Both the position numbers and the translations under genes were made by a program. From positions 102,451 to 166,450 of the IMG/VR virus record IMGVR_UViG_3300031251_000002: DNA of 64,000 bases. One strand, written 5' to 3'. Positions 61,983-64,000 of the stretch are shown piece after piece (the first letter of the stretch is position 1; each line of letters opens with the position of its first letter). The notes under the pieces are model-generated. The model was not told where the DNA came from and made no database searches. It saw only the letters and a list, made by a program, of their open reading frames with translations. The DNA comes from a virus.

Positions 61983-62096
61983 ATGTTGACGCGCTGGTAT
62001 CTCTCCGCAAGCCCCAATAGCTTTTCAAAAAAGCATGGGGTCGAACTGTGCCCAGCGACTATGCTTAGGCAGCAGATCGAGGGTACGGATATCTAG
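61983..62096 (+). CDS. Attenuator leader peptide, 37 aa: MLTRWYLSASPNSFSKKHGVELCPATMLRQQIEGTDI
   Basis: Translated by hand; no SD (leaderless); encodes all 20 amino acids with 32 distinct codons; its stop overlaps the antiterminator 5' arm. Confidence 0.75.
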   Translation: MLTRWYLSASPNSFSKKHGVELCPATMLRQQIEGTDI

Positions 62097-62154
62097 GGCT
62101 TTGGGGTTTCAGAAGTAGGATCCACCAAAGCCCGCCTAGAAAGCGGGCTTTTTT
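62096..62154 (+). terminator. Mutually exclusive antiterminator and terminator (attenuator)
   Basis: GGGCTTTGG (62096-62104) pairs with CCAAAGCCC (62125-62133). Alternatively AAAGCCCGC (62127-62135) pairs with GCGGGCTTT (62143-62151), with a T6 run at 62149-62154. Confidence 0.85.
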
Positions 62155-62170
62155 GTTGGTCGGTCCGGTT

Positions 62171-62183
62171 TGATCGTTGAAAA
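62171..62183 (+). promoter_or_regulatory. boxA-like antitermination element
   Basis: TGATCGTTGAAAA resembles rrn boxA (TG[A/C/T]TCTTT[G/A]A[A/C]AA); lies between the attenuator and the first tRNA. Confidence 0.6.
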
Positions 62184-62225
62184 TTTAGGTGCCCCCAACG
62201 AAGTGGGGGCGCAGCATTGCTCAGC

Positions 62226-62299
62226 AGGAGCGTGGTGTAATAGCAGCACGACGGATTCCAAACCCGTCAGCGAGGGGGCAGTACCTTCCGCTCCTGCCA
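62226..62299 (+). tRNA. tRNA-Trp (CCA)
   Basis: Acceptor AGGAGCG/CGCTCCT + GCCA; anticodon loop TTCCAAA; atypical T-loop GGCAGTA. Confidence 0.85.
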
Positions 62300-62302
62300 A
62301 TT

Positions 62303-62390
62303 GGATAGGTGGCGAAATGGTAGCCGCGCTGGTTTGCTAAACCGGTGAGCCTCCTTGGCTCTGTGGGTTCAAGTCCCTCCCTATCCTCCA
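62303..62390 (+). tRNA. tRNA-Ser (GCT)
   Basis: GGATAGG/CCTATCC + TCCA; loop TTGCTAA; long variable arm; TTCAAGT. Confidence 0.92.
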
Positions 62391-62391
62391 T

Positions 62392-62467
62392 GGACTGCTA
62401 GCTTTGAAGGTCAAAGCGCCCACCTGAAGAGCGGGAGAACGTCGTTCAATTCGACGGCAGTCCACCA
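62392..62467 (+). tRNA. tRNA-Phe (GAA)
   Basis: GGACTGC/GCAGTCC + ACCA; loop CTGAAGA; TTCAATT. Confidence 0.9.
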
Positions 62468-62478
62468 TGAAAGTTTTT

Positions 62479-62551
62479 AGTAGGGAGAATGAGTATTCCA
62501 GTTGGTCTCATAAGCCAACCTCCGTGGGTGCGACTCCCACCCCTGCTACCA
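62479..62551 (+). tRNA. tRNA with CAT anticodon (Met or Ile2), short D-loop
   Basis: AGTAGGG/CCCTGCT + ACCA; loop CTCATAA; D-arm GAAT-GAGT-ATTC; T-loop TGCGACT. Confidence 0.8.
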
Positions 62552-62552
62552 T

Positions 62553-62626
62553 GCCTTCGTAGCCAAGTAGTTAGGCACCGGTCTGCAAAACCGGTTACGT
62601 TGGTGCAATTCCAACCGAAGGCTCCA
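62553..62626 (+). tRNA. tRNA-Cys (GCA)
   Basis: GCCTTCG/CGAAGGC + TCCA (U73); loop CTGCAAA. Confidence 0.9.
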
Positions 62627-62639
62627 TTGAAATCGGTCT

Positions 62640-62706
62640 GGGGGAAGAGACGTTCGACTCGTCAAGAGGGGCTTGCTCCTCCTTAGTGTAACGGCAGCAC
62701 TCCCCC
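62640..62706 (+). ncRNA. Circularly permuted tRNA mimic (YrlA / Y-RNA-like module)
   Basis: Order is GGGGG, T-arm (GACG-TTCGACT-CGTC), loop-closed acceptor-like stem, TA, D-arm (GTGT-AACGGCA-GCAC), CCCCC. Confidence 0.75.
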
Positions 62707-62806
62707 GTGCAAATGACAGCCGTAAGGCGCGGGTAAAACGTAGGCGTCACGACACGCCAACCCTTCAAAGAAGGGGCCGTCATTTGGTAATTTCCTCTAA
62801 ATCAAT

Positions 62807-62881
62807 CCGGGTGTGGGTCAGTGGCTGATCGCCTGTTTCGGGGACAGGATTAGGGAGGTTCAATTCCTCTCACCCGGACCA
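62807..62881 (+). tRNA. tRNA-Pro (CGG)
   Basis: CCGGGTG/CACCCGG + ACCA; loop TTCGGGG; TTCAATT. Confidence 0.9.
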
Positions 62882-62977
62882 AAGTTTCCCGAAGAATTCC
62901 GAGAACTGTTTGGTGGTAGCTTGTCAAGGAGCCGGGGGGTATATGAAAACCCACGGTGAAAGTAGAAACCACAAACC

Positions 62978-63067
62978 GGGCAAGTCGGATAGTAGCGATT
63001 CCAGCAGACTGTAAATCTGCCCTGTTTACAGCTAACACCGAAGGTGCAATTCCTTCCTTGCCCACCA
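62978..63067 (+). tRNA. tRNA-Tyr (GTA)
   Basis: GGGCAAG/CTTGCCC + ACCA; loop CTGTAAA; long variable arm; T-loop TGCAATT. Confidence 0.9.
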
Positions 63068-63069
63068 TC

Positions 63070-63078
63070 TGCTATAAT
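63070..63078 (+). promoter_or_regulatory. Extended -10 promoter inside the tRNA array
   Basis: TGCTATAAT, a perfect TGn-TATAAT. Confidence 0.5.
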
Positions 63079-63154
63079 TTTTGAATGCCGCATACAGTCG
63101 AGACTCATACCCGGACACGGGCCGAGTTTCGGGCACGAACCGGGAAACGTTAAT

Positions 63155-63231
63155 CCGCAGGTGAGGCAATTGGCAGACCTTCCAAACTCAAAATTTGGAG
63201 CTTGCGAGTTCAAATCTCGCCCTGCGGACCA
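63155..63231 (+). tRNA. tRNA-Leu (CAA), lacking the long variable arm
   Basis: CCGCAGG/CCTGCGG + ACCA; loop CTCAAAA; variable region of only 5 nt (AGCTT). Confidence 0.88.
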
Positions 63232-63341
63232 TTTGATGAACCATGGAACCTCTGCTACTGAACGAGTGTTGTGTTCGGGGTAGCACGTTCAAGTCACAGC
63301 CACAACCTTCTGACAGCCATGGTTCTTCAAATGGAGGTAAC

Positions 63342-63617
63342 GTGAACGAAAGACAGGCATACGAAACGAAGGTGTTACCAGACGGGCGAGTAATTGATGT
63401 TTACCCGCTGACGTTCGGTCGCGCTAGGATCACGATTTCTGAGTCCTTGTCGGATCCGTGTTACCTCGACGGTTGGTGATACGACACTCCAAAAGCCGCA
63501 GTTGCGGCGATGAAAAATTGGGATGGGACAGGCGAACCTGATGGCTGGATGAGACATCCGAGATCGGGCCGACGCCGCGAACACGGAGATCCCAAAACTG
63601 AATATGTGAATCTGTAG
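63342..63617 (+). CDS. 91-aa protein with an in-frame TGA (63477-63479); candidate selenoprotein or readthrough gene
   Basis: SD GGAGGT and GTG start; 45 codons, TGA, then 45 more open codons to TAG; hairpin GCCGC-AGTT-GCGGC 15 nt after the TGA. Confidence 0.65.
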
Positions 63618-63715
63618 ACTAGTGCGGTTTTCTCTCTCGTTCCGCCTAAATAAAACGAGAAGCGGGTGGCCGTCCCGCGAACAAACCAATCGGCCATGTA
63701 TGCTAAAATTCGGAC

Positions 63716-64000
63716 ATGGGAAATCACAAAGTTGGTTGTGCGTGTCCGTTCTGTAGTCGTAAAGGAAGAAAGCGCTCTAAGGAAGAATTAGCCTTGATGG
63801 GGCGTACTGGTTGTCGAAATCGTACAGAGTACGAACGAGCGCTTTCTGAAAAGTTAGTCGGAGAAGGTTACGAGGTCTTCTCTCCGTGGTCAGCGTGTGA
63901 TCGAGTAGCATTGAAAGACGGCAAGGTATTTTTCGTGGAATTCAAAAAGCCACAACAGGAGCTAAGCCCAATTCAACAACGTGTTCATGATGCGCTCCCG
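63716..64000 (+). CDS. VRR-NUC-like PD-(D/E)XK nuclease, 3'-truncated
   Basis: Translated by hand: CDRVALKDGKVFFVEFKKPQQELSPIQQRVH. An extended -10 TGCTAAAAT (63701-63709) lies 6 nt before the ATG. Confidence 0.75.
   Translation, partial: MGNHKVGCACPFCSRKGRKRSKEELALMGRTGCRNRTEYERALSEKLVGEGYEVFSPWSACDRVALKDGKVFFVEFKKPQQELSPIQQRVHDALP

Noticed and set aside
62489-63283. ORF-track ORFs across the tRNA array
   Set aside because: They overlap clear tRNA cloverleaves.
1-64000. Bacterial eCIS/T6SS or tailocin locus
   Set aside because: The tail genes are contiguous with phage replication, early-gene and tRNA modules, and no host housekeeping context is present.
1-64000. Genome-wide stop-codon reassignment
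   Set aside because: TAA, TAG and TGA all end full-length recognisable genes, often in start/stop overlaps. Only the TGA at 63477 looks recoded.

Overview
This window is a segment of a large, unannotated myovirus-type (contractile-tail) phage genome, with essentially all genes on the + strand. In order it holds: the end of the tape measure gene with a lytic transglycosylase domain; a baseplate, spike, PAAR and tail-fibre module; candidate lysis genes; a replication and recombination module (SF2 helicase, DnaB, primase, a family-A polymerase fused to a UDG-like domain, SSB, RecA, SbcCD, free-standing nucleases); sigma-like and Mor-like regulators; promoter-driven clusters of small genes (with a DNA ligase, a MoxR-AAA/VWA pair, glycoside hydrolase-like proteins and a deaminase); and an array of 8 tRNAs. 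The main finding lies just upstream of the tRNA array and looks like a ribosome-coupled transcription attenuator. Its 37-codon leaderless ORF (61983-62096, absent from the ORF track) encodes all 20 amino acids with 32 different codons. Its stop codon overlaps the 5' arm of an antiterminator that competes with an intrinsic terminator. This is the layout expected of a general tRNA-depletion sensor that switches on the phage tRNAs when almost any host tRNA fails. The same locus also holds a circularly permuted tRNA mimic (YrlA/Y-RNA-like), three other structured spacer RNAs, and a small gene with an in-frame UGA followed by a SECIS-like hairpin (candidate selenoprotein). Elsewhere there are several structured noncoding regions of about 170-320 nt and a recurring late-promoter-like motif. 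All calls come from reading motifs and base pairing by eye; no searches or folding programs were run.
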